Positions 18,162-29,182 of a stretch of DNA of 64,000 nucleotides are shown in pieces. Below the pieces are notes generated by a model. That model searched no databases, was not told the DNA's origin, and saw only the letters and a program-made list of their open reading frames with translations. A program made the position numbers and the translations under genes. Source of the DNA: a plasmid. The stretch lies in the NCBI RefSeq assembly GCF_053078305.1, contig NZ_CP166875.1. One strand, written 5' to 3'. Numbering within the stretch: the first letter of the stretch is position 1; each line of letters opens with the position of its first letter.

Positions 18162-19232
18162 ATGCAAAAAAAATCACTTACACTCCTTCTGCCGTCATTA
18201 CTCAGCGGCTGTACGGCATTTAATGCCACGCCTGTTCCTGACACCACACCTCCGGCTCTGGTGTTCGTCGACGGACAAATTCGCGAAAGCGCTGCCATTA
18301 TCGCCCATACGCAAAAACGTCTGCTTCCGCCACCGGTGACCCGCCCTGTGACGCCGCCCCGCCCGACAACAACAGCGACGCCCACAACCGCAGTCAGCAG
18401 CCAGAGTACCGCACTGCCTCCCCGCCCGCTCCTTCAGGCCACACAGCTGCCCGCACTGGTTATGACCGGTAAACCCGGTCAGTCATCCGTCGTTTATTTA
18501 CGTGAGGCACGTCAGCGCTCCGTCAGTGACTGGATACGCCAGTTGCTGCCACCCGGCTGGCAGTTCCGGCAACAGAACGCTGCCATACCGGCACTGAACA
18601 AACGCCTCCCCGTCTGGTCCGTTAATGACCAGTGGCACCGGGCACTGAATACTCTGCTGACCGGGCAGCAACTGTACGGACATATGGACTGGAACAGGAA
18701 AATACTGACTGTCACGACCACTGCAGCACCGCCTGTTGACCTCACGGCACCGCAGGGTTCACAGAAAACAGCGGACACACCACGTAATCCGTTCAGGAGC
18801 ACAACCGGAACAGCGGCAGACCAGGCACAGGTACCACCTGCCGTCAGCGCTTCCCGGGTTCAGAGCACAACAGGGACATCCGGTACATCTGCGCCCCGCA
18901 CAACCACGCCAGCCCCAGTGGTCACGAAACCGGTAGCGCCACCACCACAGAAGGTCACACCGCCACGGCAGTGGAAAATGGAAAAAGGGACCACGCTGAA
19001 GGACGGACTGGCCCGCTGGACGTCGTCCGAAAAATGCCCCCACGGCACCTGGACGCTGCGCTGGGAAACGCCCGTTAACTACAGTATCGATGCCCCTCTG
19101 GTTTTCACCGGCAGTTTCCGCCAGGCGCTGGAACAGCTCTTCGCACTCTACACCCCGGTGGAAAAACCGCTGTATGCCCGGACCAGCACTGCACAATGTC
19201 TGCTGCGGGTGACAGATCGTCCACAGGAATAA
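18162..19232 (+). CDS. pilL: thin-pilus lipoprotein PilL
   Basis: 356 aa; signal peptide plus lipobox LLSGC; Pro/Thr-rich linkers; first gene of a pilL-pilV order matching the R64 thin-pilus operon as recalled. Confidence 0.7.
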   Translation: MQKKSLTLLLPSLLSGCTAFNATPVPDTTPPALVFVDGQIRESAAIIAHTQKRLLPPPVTRPVTPPRPTTTATPTTAVSSQSTALPPRPLLQATQLPALVMTGKPGQSSVVYLREARQRSVSDWIRQLLPPGWQFRQQNAAIPALNKRLPVWSVNDQWHRALNTLLTGQQLYGHMDWNRKILTVTTTAAPPVDLTAPQGSQKTADTPRNPFRSTTGTAADQAQVPPAVSASRVQSTTGTSGTSAPRTTTPAPVVTKPVAPPPQKVTPPRQWKMEKGTTLKDGLARWTSSEKCPHGTWTLRWETPVNYSIDAPLVFTGSFRQALEQLFALYTPVEKPLYARTSTAQCLLRVTDRPQE

Positions 19233-19236
19233 CCTT

Positions 19237-19674
19237 ATGGGCTGGTTCATCGTGTTCATCATGGTCATCACGACCACAGGCAATTTCTGGTTCACCAGTC
19301 AGCTCTCCCGCAGCGAACACCGTCATCAGGCCGCAGAAAACACACAACAGGCAGCAACGTTCATTCGTTATATGAACGCCATCAATGATTACCTGCATCA
19401 GCATCCGGAACGACGGACAGCCGGAGGGCGGCTGACATCCGCTCAGCTCGGGATTCCCGGGACGGATACCGTCAGTCATATCATCAGCCAGCAACGTGTT
19501 TTTGTCTGGGCTACAGAAACCCCGGGCCTGATGGCCGCGCTCAGGGAACAGAGTAATGACTCTGCTCTGCTCGGCAGGGTGGAAAACGGCCGACTGCTGG
19601 ACACAGCCGGCAGAGCGCTTTCCGTCACACTTCCGTCAGTGATCCCCGATCACGTCATCCTCTGGATGAATTAG
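19237..19674 (+). CDS. pilM: thin-pilus biogenesis protein PilM
   Basis: 145 aa with N-terminal TM anchor; position in operon. Confidence 0.55.
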   Translation: MGWFIVFIMVITTTGNFWFTSQLSRSEHRHQAAENTQQAATFIRYMNAINDYLHQHPERRTAGGRLTSAQLGIPGTDTVSHIISQQRVFVWATETPGLMAALREQSNDSALLGRVENGRLLDTAGRALSVTLPSVIPDHVILWMN

Positions 19675-19704
19675 TCACGAATCTGAATAAATCACGGATC
19701 TCCC

Positions 19705-21324
19705 ATGAATAAAAAAATTCTTGCCATTATGATTGCCGCCGCTCTGTTACAGGGCTGTGCCAGTTACAGACAGCTTGAGAGCACAAGAAAGGAAGCCGTT
19801 GCGGAACAACAACGGGCACGGGAAATGATGTCTGATCTGCGAACCCGGACGCCGGTTGTTAAGGAATCCTCACGACAATGGATCAATCCCCGTCCGGTCA
19901 TGGATAAAAACACCGGCAAAACCGTTCCCGGTTGTCCCATTGTCATTCATACCCGTCAGAGCATCACCCTTCAGCAGGTGGTTCAGCGGATCACGGAAAG
20001 CTGCCATATTCCGGTACGGATCACACCTGATGTACTGACATACCTGAATACATCCACAACCGGCAGCACACAACAAATCCAGGGCGCATTACCCCCACCG
20101 GATGCGAGCGGCATGGTTCCCCTTGCCGCCATTGGCGCATCTGACACGCCACCATCCCGTCTGCCGGGAAATACCGCAGCACTGTCTGAACTGAATGCCT
20201 CCGGCCTGACGACCCTGCTGAATGCGGTCTCCTCCCGTCTCGGTATATCCTGGCGCTATGACGGCTCGCATATCATCTTCTATTATCTCGAGACACAGAC
20301 CTTCCCCATCACCTATATGGACAGTCAGGTGGCCTATAACGCCACTGTGGTCAGCGGCACCATGTCCTCAAACGGCTCATCAGGAGGCAGTGCATCAGAT
20401 GCCATTTCCGGTGATGCCAGCAATACCCAGACCACCACCGTGGATATGAAGTCTGCGCTGTATCAGGATGTGAAAAATGCGGTCACATCAATGCTGACCC
20501 CGGGTATCGGACGCATGTTCATGTCCACGGGCTTTATCACCGTCACAGATAATCCACAGGTTCTGGAAACGGTCCGGGCATTCATTGAAAAACGCAATGA
20601 AGAGATGAAACGTCAGGTGGTGCTGAATGTGGAAATTCTGAGTATCCGGAAAACCCGCAATGAGCAGGCCGGTATCGACTGGAACGCAGTCTTCAGCGAC
20701 AGAACGCTGGGACTGAGTCTCGGCAGCACATTCACCAGTGCAGCCAGTGATGCCATCACAGGTGGTGTTTCCATTGTGGACGGTAAACTCACCGGTTCAA
20801 AAGCCTTCCTGAAAGCATTGTCTTCCCAGGGGGATGTCAGTGTGGTGACCCAGAACTCTGCCGTCACCAAAAACCTGACGCCGGTGCCAATGCAGATCGC
20901 CAATCAGCAAAGTTACATCGAGAGTGTGACGACGGATACCACAGCCAATGTCGGCTCATCCACCTCTCTGAATGCGGCCACCATCACCACCGGTTTTAAC
21001 ATGACCCTTCTGCCGTTCATTCTCCCGGACTCACAGACACTGCAGTTGCTCTATTCCATGAGTCTCTCCGACAAACCGGTTATTGAGAATTATGAGAGCG
21101 GTGGAAGTAAAGCCCAGCTGCCGAATGTGGATCTGAAAACCATCAATCAGACCGTGGATCTGAAATCCGGGCAGACGGTCATTATCAGTGGCTTCCAGCA
21201 GTCAGGACGTCGCAGCGGAAAACAGGGTGTAGGTACGCCGGGATTCTTCGGTCTTGGCGGTGGGATCAACAGTGAAAACGACGACACCATTCTCGTGGTG
21301 CTGATCACGCCCAATATCATCTGA
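19705..21324 (+). CDS. pilN: type IVb pilus secretin lipoprotein PilN
   Basis: 539 aa; lipoprotein signal (LLQGCAS); C-terminal secretin-like region ending ...GTPGFFGLGGGINSENDDTILVVLITPNII. Confidence 0.8.
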   Translation: MNKKILAIMIAAALLQGCASYRQLESTRKEAVAEQQRAREMMSDLRTRTPVVKESSRQWINPRPVMDKNTGKTVPGCPIVIHTRQSITLQQVVQRITESCHIPVRITPDVLTYLNTSTTGSTQQIQGALPPPDASGMVPLAAIGASDTPPSRLPGNTAALSELNASGLTTLLNAVSSRLGISWRYDGSHIIFYYLETQTFPITYMDSQVAYNATVVSGTMSSNGSSGGSASDAISGDASNTQTTTVDMKSALYQDVKNAVTSMLTPGIGRMFMSTGFITVTDNPQVLETVRAFIEKRNEEMKRQVVLNVEILSIRKTRNEQAGIDWNAVFSDRTLGLSLGSTFTSAASDAITGGVSIVDGKLTGSKAFLKALSSQGDVSVVTQNSAVTKNLTPVPMQIANQQSYIESVTTDTTANVGSSTSLNAATITTGFNMTLLPFILPDSQTLQLLYSMSLSDKPVIENYESGGSKAQLPNVDLKTINQTVDLKSGQTVIISGFQQSGRRSGKQGVGTPGFFGLGGGINSENDDTILVVLITPNII

Positions 21325-21344
21325 TTTGCACAAGGAGGACGATC

Positions 21345-22640
21345 GTGACGGATATTTCACCGACAGGGCGGCAGGTGTTTCCGCTGACGGCAGGGCGCAA
21401 TGTGTTTCTGGCCGGTCTGGAATGGAAAACACTGCCCTCACAGTACCGGCATGCCCGCGACTTTGCCCGGGCACAGAAAGCCGACCTTTTCCTGGCCTGT
21501 CAGTATCTCAGTAATGAAGATGCCGATACCCACACCATGGTAGCCACTGTCAGTCGCCGCATACTGCCCGGAAAACCCCGTCAGTGCTTCTCCCTCGCCC
21601 TGCTGATCCTGCCACTGCTTGAACATGGCGGCTATGCCATCACGGAACTGACGTTACCCGGAGAAACACCGCGCTATAGCTTTGTTTCCGTTGTCGACGG
21701 TGTTCTCGTCAGTGACCTGGTGGGAAGCGGGGAAGAGGTTCGGGAAGCCCGGGATACCTTTCTTTCCATCAACACCGAACCAACTCAGGGCTGGATACAC
21801 TATGCACCGGCGGCATTTTCAGCAGGCGATCAGAATCAGCACCTGCCGCTGGCCTCCCTGACTGGCTCTGGTAAACATCCGGCTGCCGCACGCCTGAATC
21901 CGGTATCCCGGGGACCGCAGTTCATCACTGTCTCTCTGATCATCGCCCTTCTCGGCACTGCATGGTACGGCTGGCAGTATTATGAACGCTGGCAGACAGA
22001 AAAAGCCGCGCAGGCAGCGGTTGCCCGACAGGCCACAGAGGAACGAATCACTCCCCCCTGGCCCGGACTCCCTGAAACAGACGCGTTCATCCGGGGATGT
22101 GCTGATATATGGACTTCACTGCCACTGTCTGCTGCCGGATGGCGTTATTCGCTGGCAGAATGCTCGACTGACGGTGGCAGCGGCAATCTTCGCGCATCGT
22201 ACACCAATACTGCGGGCGCGACAGTGACTGACTTCATCCGGCGCATCAGTGATATGACAGACAGCCGACCGTTTATTGTGATGCCGGAAGGAAAGACCGG
22301 CGGCATTGGCCTGCCGGTCACCTTCCGGCTGTCTGAAAACGCCGTCACAGTTGATGCACTACCGGAAACCGCTGTCCTGCAGGAACGACTGACCTCGCTG
22401 GCTCAGTCAATGCAACTGAAACTGGACTGGCAGGAAGTTAATAACAGCCTCACTGATGAGAACGGACAGATCATTCAGCCCCCATGGAAAGAGTATGACC
22501 TTCAGATGCAGACCACACTCCCTGCACACCATCTGGCTGAACGCCTGAAAGAGCCTTCTGTCCGTTTTATCTCTGTCACACGGCAACTGGAGAACGGTCG
22601 TTTCCACTATCAATTTACAGGTAAATATTATGCCCGATAA
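21345..22640 (+). CDS. pilO: thin-pilus biogenesis protein PilO
   Basis: 431 aa with one internal TM segment; position in operon. Confidence 0.55.
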   Translation: MTDISPTGRQVFPLTAGRNVFLAGLEWKTLPSQYRHARDFARAQKADLFLACQYLSNEDADTHTMVATVSRRILPGKPRQCFSLALLILPLLEHGGYAITELTLPGETPRYSFVSVVDGVLVSDLVGSGEEVREARDTFLSINTEPTQGWIHYAPAAFSAGDQNQHLPLASLTGSGKHPAAARLNPVSRGPQFITVSLIIALLGTAWYGWQYYERWQTEKAAQAAVARQATEERITPPWPGLPETDAFIRGCADIWTSLPLSAAGWRYSLAECSTDGGSGNLRASYTNTAGATVTDFIRRISDMTDSRPFIVMPEGKTGGIGLPVTFRLSENAVTVDALPETAVLQERLTSLAQSMQLKLDWQEVNNSLTDENGQIIQPPWKEYDLQMQTTLPAHHLAERLKEPSVRFISVTRQLENGRFHYQFTGKYYAR

Positions 22641-23082
22641 AGCCAAAACCCTTCTGTTTTCAGTCCTGCTGTTACCGGCCACGGCAATGGCCACAACCGG
22701 AAATGCAGAGCAACAGAACACACAGCAAATAAGGATTGAACAGATACAGGAAGAGACAGCCCTGTATGAAGCTATGCTGGCGAGAGAGAAGATCCGCCAT
22801 GAACTGCGAACACTTGAGCAGGGCGTTCCCGCAGAGGCCGGACGTCAGCAGGAAAGCATTTCCGCAGTTACAACAAATGTACAGGCATTACCATCCCCCC
22901 GCCTGACAGCAATATTCGGTGTTCATCCTCAGCTGACTGCCCGGATAGAACTTCCGGGGGGAAGCATCTCCGATGTGAAGGCGGGCCAGAACATCCCCGG
23001 AACCACTTATCACGTGGAAAAAATCACGCCGGACAGTGTGGTGCTGGAACAGTCTGGCACCAGAAAAACCCTGCGACCATGA
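22630..23082 (+). CDS. pilP: thin-pilus biogenesis protein PilP
   Basis: 150 aa with signal peptide; start overlaps pilO stop. Confidence 0.5.
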   Translation: MPDKAKTLLFSVLLLPATAMATTGNAEQQNTQQIRIEQIQEETALYEAMLAREKIRHELRTLEQGVPAEAGRQQESISAVTTNVQALPSPRLTAIFGVHPQLTARIELPGGSISDVKAGQNIPGTTYHVEKITPDSVVLEQSGTRKTLRP

Positions 23083-23166
23083 GACCGGCCGCCGTAACTG
23101 GCGGCTGTCAAAAATAAAAGGATGAAAGACATATTTTCCGGGCACCGCTGCCCGTAAGGAGGCTTT

Positions 23167-24675
23167 ATGCTGGATCCAGCAGACCTGCCGCCGGATGACA
23201 TTCTGGATTATGTGGCCATCGACACCGATAACGCCGGACAACTGCGGATCAGGGTTGTTGAGGGAAAAAAACATCTGCGTGCCGTCCAGGAATATCTGAC
23301 CCGCCTTCGCGCACGCTATCAGGGGCGTGTGGGAGACTTTGAGTTCACCACGCTGGATGTGATAGCCCGCCTCAGACAGGACGCCACAACGACAGGCGAT
23401 GAAAACGCTATTAACCCGATACAGCAGAAAATGCTCGGCTATATCCGCCATTCTGCCTCCCTTGGTGCCTCCGACCTTCATATGACGCCAGGGCGGGACA
23501 ACACAGACTTCACCTATGTGGAAGCCCGGGTTCATGGCGAACTGGAAGTGCTCGATATCCTCCGGAAAGAAGAAGGTCTGGAATTACTGGGGGCTACCTA
23601 TTCCGGCATGACGGATGTCATCAAGGGCACACAATTTGATCCCGGGGTTCCACAGGACGCACGTCTCTCTGAACAGTACCTGAAACTGGCTGGCCTGTTT
23701 GGCGCACGCTACTCCCACTACCCCTGCGTGGGAGGCCTCTATGCTGTTCTCCGTCTGATCAAGGATGACAGCCAGCAAATCCCGACCTTCAGTATGCTGG
23801 GTTATCACCCGGATCAGGAGTGCACCCTGCGCCGTATCCTGCAACGCCCTGAAGGCATTATCACCCTCTCTGGCCCCACCGGCTCGGGAAAATCCACCAC
23901 GCTGAGAACCGCCTCTGCGGCATACCTTGAACAATACGGCTTCAACAACACCGGCGGTATTCTTCTGCCACGGCGCAGGTTGTTCACGATTGAATCCCCG
24001 CCGGAAGGCCGTATCCCCGGAGCAATTCAGACAGCCGTTATGGATACCACCCGGGGCTGGGTGGACTCCATCAAGTCAGCACTGCGTCTTGATCCTGACA
24101 GCATCCTGAACGGTGAAATCCGCGATCACGATTCCGCCATTACGGCAATAAAAGCCGCCATGACCGGGCATCTGATGCTGACCACCATCCATGCGAACGA
24201 CCCGATTAACATCCTCGAACGCCTTGAGATGGAGGGTGTTCAGGCCAGGATGATTGCAGACCCGCAGTTGTTCATCGGACTGCTCAGTCAGCGTCTGGTT
24301 CAGCTGATATGTCCCCACTGTCGTCATCCATGGAATGACGTAGCATCCAGTCGTACAAAGGATGAGCGACATCTGGTGGAAACCTTCTGTAATGCTGATG
24401 CGGTATATCTGAGAAACCATGAAGGCTGTCCACACTGCTGGCGTGGTGTCACAGGGCGTACAGTGATTGCAGAAGTCATCTCTCCTGACGCCAGATTTTT
24501 TCAGTTATACCGGGAAAAAGGCCGTATCGAAGCCAAAACCTACTGGCACAGGGAACTGGGCGGAATGACGCGTAATCAGCATCTGCTGGGAAAAATCAAC
24601 AGCGGACTGGTTGACCCTCTGGCGGCCCATTACATCTCTCCCATTGATGAGGACAGCTATACGCTGCTGCGCTGA
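23167..24675 (+). CDS. pilQ: type IV pilus assembly ATPase PilQ (GspE/PilB family)
   Basis: 502 aa; Walker A GPTGSGKST, Asp box and Cys-x-x-Cys tetracysteine motif (CPHCRH...CPHC). Confidence 0.85.
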   Translation: MLDPADLPPDDILDYVAIDTDNAGQLRIRVVEGKKHLRAVQEYLTRLRARYQGRVGDFEFTTLDVIARLRQDATTTGDENAINPIQQKMLGYIRHSASLGASDLHMTPGRDNTDFTYVEARVHGELEVLDILRKEEGLELLGATYSGMTDVIKGTQFDPGVPQDARLSEQYLKLAGLFGARYSHYPCVGGLYAVLRLIKDDSQQIPTFSMLGYHPDQECTLRRILQRPEGIITLSGPTGSGKSTTLRTASAAYLEQYGFNNTGGILLPRRRLFTIESPPEGRIPGAIQTAVMDTTRGWVDSIKSALRLDPDSILNGEIRDHDSAITAIKAAMTGHLMLTTIHANDPINILERLEMEGVQARMIADPQLFIGLLSQRLVQLICPHCRHPWNDVASSRTKDERHLVETFCNADAVYLRNHEGCPHCWRGVTGRTVIAEVISPDARFFQLYREKGRIEAKTYWHRELGGMTRNQHLLGKINSGLVDPLAAHYISPIDEDSYTLLR

Positions 24676-24676
24676 T

Positions 24677-25777
24677 ATGAAATTTCTGGAAAAACTCAAC
24701 AGTACTGAACTGGATCTGTCTGCCCTGAACAGCTGGACAGCCAGAAAAACCTTCGGTCTTAAGCGTGCCGAGTTCTATGAGTCCCTCGGCGGAATGATAC
24801 GTGACGGAACGCCGTCACTGCGCGCCCTGGAGTTTATCTGTAATGTCGAAACTGACTTTGGCACCCGAAAAGGAACATCCGGCATGTACTTTCTGGCCAG
24901 AGAATGTATTGCCTCCCTGAAAGCCAGCGGTATGCTGTCGGGGGCCCTGCCCACATGGGTTCCCCCGGAAGAAGCGGCACTGATCAGGAACGGTGAAGAA
25001 CGCGGGAACATCGCCGAAGCCCTGTTCCAGGTCGCAAAAACCATGAAAGCACGGCGGGAAATGGTGAGCAGTCTCATCACACTCTGTCTTTATCCCCTTC
25101 TGCTGCTTTCACTCTGTGTGGAGAATATGTACAACGCACATACCCGCCTCATCCCCATTGTCAGCGCTTTTGCACCGGAGGAGAAATGGTCATTCCAGAT
25201 GAAAGTCCTTGCAGCCATGTCAGAGCTTGTCATCGGCTATGGTCTGTGGATCAGTGGTGCCATCATCACGCTTGTCATCATCATCCGCTTCTCACTCAGT
25301 CGCTATACCGGCCCGGGACGCAGGCTTCTTGACAAACTGCCACCATGGTCGCTCTATCAGACTTTTCATGGTGTGAATTATCTGTTCAGCATATCGTCAA
25401 TGCTGCAGATAAATATTCCGCTTTCACAGGCGCTGCTCAGAATTGAAAAAAGTGCAGAGCATAATAAATGGTTAAAGGAGAGAATTCAGGCAATAAGAAA
25501 AAATGTATTATCCGGTCAGAATCTGGCCACCGCCATGCGCAATTCTGACTATGATTTTCCTTCAAAAATATGCATCAATAAACTTCTCTTAAATTCTGAA
25601 AGGGAAGACAGCGTATCTGCAATGAATACCTATGCCGGACAGTGGCTGGAAGATGCAAAAAATAGCGTCAGAAAAAGTGGATTAATTATCACCGGTATTT
25701 CAGGAGGTTTTGTATTCTTTTTTATTCTTAACATGATTAGCGCGATATACAGTATCAGCGATATGCTCAAGCAATAA
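24677..25777 (+). CDS. pilR: type IV pilus inner-membrane platform protein PilR (GspF/PilC family)
   Basis: About 366 aa from ATG 24677 (just after the pilQ stop); polytopic membrane protein; the ORF-track start at 24611 overlaps pilQ. Confidence 0.75.
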   Translation: MKFLEKLNSTELDLSALNSWTARKTFGLKRAEFYESLGGMIRDGTPSLRALEFICNVETDFGTRKGTSGMYFLARECIASLKASGMLSGALPTWVPPEEAALIRNGEERGNIAEALFQVAKTMKARREMVSSLITLCLYPLLLLSLCVENMYNAHTRLIPIVSAFAPEEKWSFQMKVLAAMSELVIGYGLWISGAIITLVIIIRFSLSRYTGPGRRLLDKLPPWSLYQTFHGVNYLFSISSMLQINIPLSQALLRIEKSAEHNKWLKERIQAIRKNVLSGQNLATAMRNSDYDFPSKICINKLLLNSEREDSVSAMNTYAGQWLEDAKNSVRKSGLIITGISGGFVFFFILNMISAIYSISDMLKQ

Positions 25778-25850
25778 TACCTGCCGTCACACTAAAACGC
25801 CCTTCAATATACTTTCATTAACGTAATAACCATTAATACAGGAGTCATAT

Positions 25851-26387
25851 ATGAACTTCAGAGCACGTCTGTCTTCTTATTTTTCTTTAAAAAAAGATAA
25901 AGAAGATGATAAAGGTTTAACATTATTAGAAATTGCCGGCGCAATGATTATCATCGCAATAGTTGTCGCGCTCGCGATGAGCCAGATGTCCAGCACAATG
26001 GCCTCCAGTGACAACCAGCGCGAACTGAAAAACCTGCAGACAATTGCAACCAAAATGAAGCAATACAAGTTCCAGGGAAGATATACCGGAACGGATTATA
26101 TCAAAACCCTGACGGAAAGCGGTGCATTGCCTGCTGATATGATTGCAGGAGGCAACAAAGCCAAAAACGCATGGGGTGGTGATGTCACGATTGCTGCCAC
26201 AGCAGACAAATATGGCTACATTATCACCAGTAATAATGTTCCTAAAACAAACTGTGTTGAGCTGATTAACAGCCTGCGCAGTTCGTCCATATTTACCAAA
26301 ATTATGAACACAGCCCCGAACACGGTGGATCCCGTTACCGTCTGCAGTAGCGATAAAAACAATATCAAGCTGGAAACCAACAGCTAA
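25851..26387 (+). CDS. pilS: type IVb prepilin PilS (major thin-pilus subunit)
   Basis: 178 aa; long basic leader ending ...DDKG followed by LTLLEIAGAMIIIAIVVALA with Glu at +5. Confidence 0.8.
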   Translation: MNFRARLSSYFSLKKDKEDDKGLTLLEIAGAMIIIAIVVALAMSQMSSTMASSDNQRELKNLQTIATKMKQYKFQGRYTGTDYIKTLTESGALPADMIAGGNKAKNAWGGDVTIAATADKYGYIITSNNVPKTNCVELINSLRSSSIFTKIMNTAPNTVDPVTVCSSDKNNIKLETNS

Positions 26388-26440
26388 TGCCCTGCCACAC
26401 AGCACTCCCTCCGGGGTGCTGTTTCCCGGAGCACATAATC

Positions 26441-26914
26441 ATGAAATGGTTTTATCTCTCATCTCTTTTCTTATTCTGTCTCCCGGCGACTGCCGCCGTA
26501 AACAGTAACACACTGGATAGCTGCTTTATTCAGGCAGGAAAACGTTACTCCATCGATCCCGGACTACTGAAAGTAATTGCCCGTAAAGAAAGCAGCCTGA
26601 ATCCCCGGGCCATCAATCATAACAGAAATGCCAGCGGAAAAATTATCAGCACAGATTATGGCCTGATGCAGATTAATTCCACACATATTCCCGGACTGAA
26701 AAGAATGGGAATTATCCGAAGTGAAAATGAACTGCTCAGTAATGTTTGCCTGAATATACAGACAGGTGCATGGATCCTTGCCCGGCATTTTCAGCAGTGT
26801 GGTGTGAACTGGGAGTGTCTCGGTAGCTACAACGCCGGATTTAATAAAAATAACACTCACCGCAGAATGAAATATGCCCGGCTGATTTATGCCGCATATA
26901 TGCAGGGACGTTAA
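26441..26914 (+). CDS. pilT: lytic transglycosylase PilT (SLT domain)
   Basis: Signal peptide then SLT motifs ...RKESSLNPRAIN...DYGLMQINSTHI; start taken at ATG 26441. Confidence 0.8.
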   Translation: MKWFYLSSLFLFCLPATAAVNSNTLDSCFIQAGKRYSIDPGLLKVIARKESSLNPRAINHNRNASGKIISTDYGLMQINSTHIPGLKRMGIIRSENELLSNVCLNIQTGAWILARHFQQCGVNWECLGSYNAGFNKNNTHRRMKYARLIYAAYMQGR

Positions 26915-26932
26915 TAACGGAGAATACGAGCC

Positions 26933-27568
26933 ATGTTCCTCATCATCTTACTCGTGATCTCCGCTACGCTGACCATACAGTTACTTGCCATCAGAGTGGC
27001 CGGACATTATCTCATGCAGGTGCATACCCTCCGGCTTCCACGTCACCTCTCCCTGCTCTGTGTTGTTCTGGCACTCACCGCCACCATTACGCACATCATC
27101 CGGGGGACAGACATTACCGGACTTTGCTTTCTGTTGCTGATGGCAGGCTGCATGACACTGATGACACTAACTGACGCAACCTCCTGCCGTCTTCCCCGTC
27201 CCTTCACCCTCACATTCCTGATGCTGGGTGTGGCGTTTCGTTTATGGCAGGGCGATGCTGCTATTGCGCTTGCCTGTGCTCTGTTCTGGTTTCTCCTGTT
27301 ATATCTCCTGAGGCGCTACACCTCATACCGCAAGGGAGTGGAGACGCTGGGACTGGGGGACGTGTTTCTGATTGCAGGTGTGGCCATGTGGTCATCTGCC
27401 AACAGCACTCCGTGGATCATCGGTATTGCCGCCACCGGCACCATGGTCTGTATGTCGCTGTTCCCGCGCAGTAATACAGGGGCCGCTATCCCATTTGGTC
27501 CGTTTATCTGTGCATCACTGTACATTTTCACTTTTTTTCCTGGTGCCATTTTTCACACCGGAGGGTAA
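26933..27568 (+). CDS. pilU: prepilin peptidase PilU (A24 family)
   Basis: 211-aa polytopic protein with GLGDVFL and PFGP motifs. Confidence 0.8.
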   Translation: MFLIILLVISATLTIQLLAIRVAGHYLMQVHTLRLPRHLSLLCVVLALTATITHIIRGTDITGLCFLLLMAGCMTLMTLTDATSCRLPRPFTLTFLMLGVAFRLWQGDAAIALACALFWFLLLYLLRRYTSYRKGVETLGLGDVFLIAGVAMWSSANSTPWIIGIAATGTMVCMSLFPRSNTGAAIPFGPFICASLYIFTFFPGAIFHTGG

Positions 27569-27572
27569 CACC

Positions 27573-28937
27573 ATGCAAAAAGACGACGATAAAGGTTTTG
27601 TTCTGTTTGAAATTCTGGCCGGACTGATTGTGATCGGTATCGCCACACCAATGATTTATTCAGAAATTGAAAACTGGCTGAATGAGCAGCTTTACCAGAG
27701 TGCTGCATATCATGCAGATGCCTACAATACCGCAGCCAGAAACTATATTGCCGACAACAATGCCCGTCTGCATAGCGGCAGCCTTCCGGCAAATTTCACG
27801 GCTGATGATCTGATTCGTCAGGGATATCTGAAACAGGGGTTTAACCATTCTCCGTTTGGTCAGAGTTATATCACCGGTATCCGCCGTAACCAGACCACCG
27901 GGCGTCTGGAAGCCCTGACCTGCTCAACTGGAGGGCAGACAATCAAAGAAGAAGGGCTGCGTAGTGTGGCGGGTCAGTTGCCGGGGCTGGGTGGATTTAT
28001 CAGCAAAAACGGAACGGCAACAGGCGCATTCGGAGCCTGGACAGATAAACCGGGAGACTACGGACTTACCTGTTCGACAGGTCACATCGCCGTCGTCATG
28101 AGCGGTGATGACCTGCAGGAAAGTGACCGTCTCTACCGTTTTCAGGTAGCAGGTCGTCCTGAACTGAATCAGATGCATACTGCAATAAATATGGGCGGGA
28201 ATAACATAAACAACACCGGCAATATCAATGGTCAGAGTGCCACACTGAAAGGTGATATTACGAGTGAAGACGGCTGGCTAATCACCAGAAACAATAAGGG
28301 ATGGATGAATATCACACATGGTGGTGGATTCACCATGACGGACAGCCAGTGGATACGCGCGGTTAATGGCAAAGGCATCACAACCACCGGGGAAATCAAA
28401 GGGGGGAAAGTCAGTGGTGGTACAGTCCGGTCTGACGGTCGTCTTTCAACCGGGGAGTATTTACAGCTTGATAAAACAGCTACGGCAGGCACAAAGTGTT
28501 CACCGGACGGACTTGTAGGCCGCACCAGTACAGGGGCCATACTTTCGTGCCAATCCGGTATGTGGGCAGGTTTTGAATCCTACCCTGTCGGAAGCCCTAT
28601 ACCGTGGCCATCAGCCACCCCTCCACAAGGCTACCTGGTGATGAACGGGCAGTCATTTTCATGTTCCCGGTATCCTCAGCTTGCCCGTGCTTATCCCGGG
28701 TGTAAGCTGCCGGATTTGCGCGGTGTTTTTATCCGTGGCTGGGACAACGGACGTGGGCTGGATGGAGATCGGAACAGACATCTCCTGAGTTATCAGGCCG
28801 ATCAATCCGGTGTCTATCATGAGCGTGGGGGATGGCTGAAAGGGCATCACAGCGGTATGCCTTACTGGGCCCAGGGAAGCACAACGGAAATGCGCCCCAA
28901 AAACATTGCCTTTAACTACATCGTCAAAGCAAGCTGA
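27573..28937 (+). CDS. pilV: minor pilin / adhesin PilV (shufflon-variable C-terminus)
   Basis: ATG 27573 with GGAGGG Shine-Dalgarno; prepilin-like leader MQKDDDKG followed by FVLFEILAGLIVIGIA; constant region ends at the 19-bp sfx repeat at 28547-28565. Confidence 0.8.
   Translation: MQKDDDKGFVLFEILAGLIVIGIATPMIYSEIENWLNEQLYQSAAYHADAYNTAARNYIADNNARLHSGSLPANFTADDLIRQGYLKQGFNHSPFGQSYITGIRRNQTTGRLEALTCSTGGQTIKEEGLRSVAGQLPGLGGFISKNGTATGAFGAWTDKPGDYGLTCSTGHIAVVMSGDDLQESDRLYRFQVAGRPELNQMHTAINMGGNNINNTGNINGQSATLKGDITSEDGWLITRNNKGWMNITHGGGFTMTDSQWIRAVNGKGITTTGEIKGGKVSGGTVRSDGRLSTGEYLQLDKTATAGTKCSPDGLVGRTSTGAILSCQSGMWAGFESYPVGSPIPWPSATPPQGYLVMNGQSFSCSRYPQLARAYPGCKLPDLRGVFIRGWDNGRGLDGDRNRHLLSYQADQSGVYHERGGWLKGHHSGMPYWAQGSTTEMRPKNIAFNYIVKAS
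28547..28565 (+). repeat. shufflon 19-bp recombination site (sfx) inside pilV
   Basis: GTGCCAATCCGGTATGTGG; inverted copies at 29183-29201 and 29471-29489. Confidence 0.8.
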
Positions 28938-28942
28938 TGCAT

Positions 28943-29182
28943 TTAAGGCGTATTAACTTTTAACTTACAGCAACGTATTTTGACCCAGACCATGCTTCCC
29001 GAATACCCCGGTTTACCTCTGTACGCTCTGAATCCTGCCGCACCATAGCCTGCTTTGCCGTCACAGACGGCAAAGCCGTTTGAGCCACTACCCCAGTTCG
29101 CATAAACCGGTTTTCTGGAGTCTTCTTCTGCGTCATAACAGGCCGAATAATCAAAAACCAGTGCATCGCTGATATTATTCTT
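28943..29182 (-). other. alternative pilV C-terminal coding segment (shufflon segment, currently inverted)
   Basis: Reading the reverse strand from sfx 29183-29201 in the pilV codon phase gives an open frame CQSGVWKNNISDALVFDYSACYDAEEDSRKPVYANWGSGSNGFAVCDGKAGYGAAGF... ending at TAA (28943-28945). Confidence 0.5.
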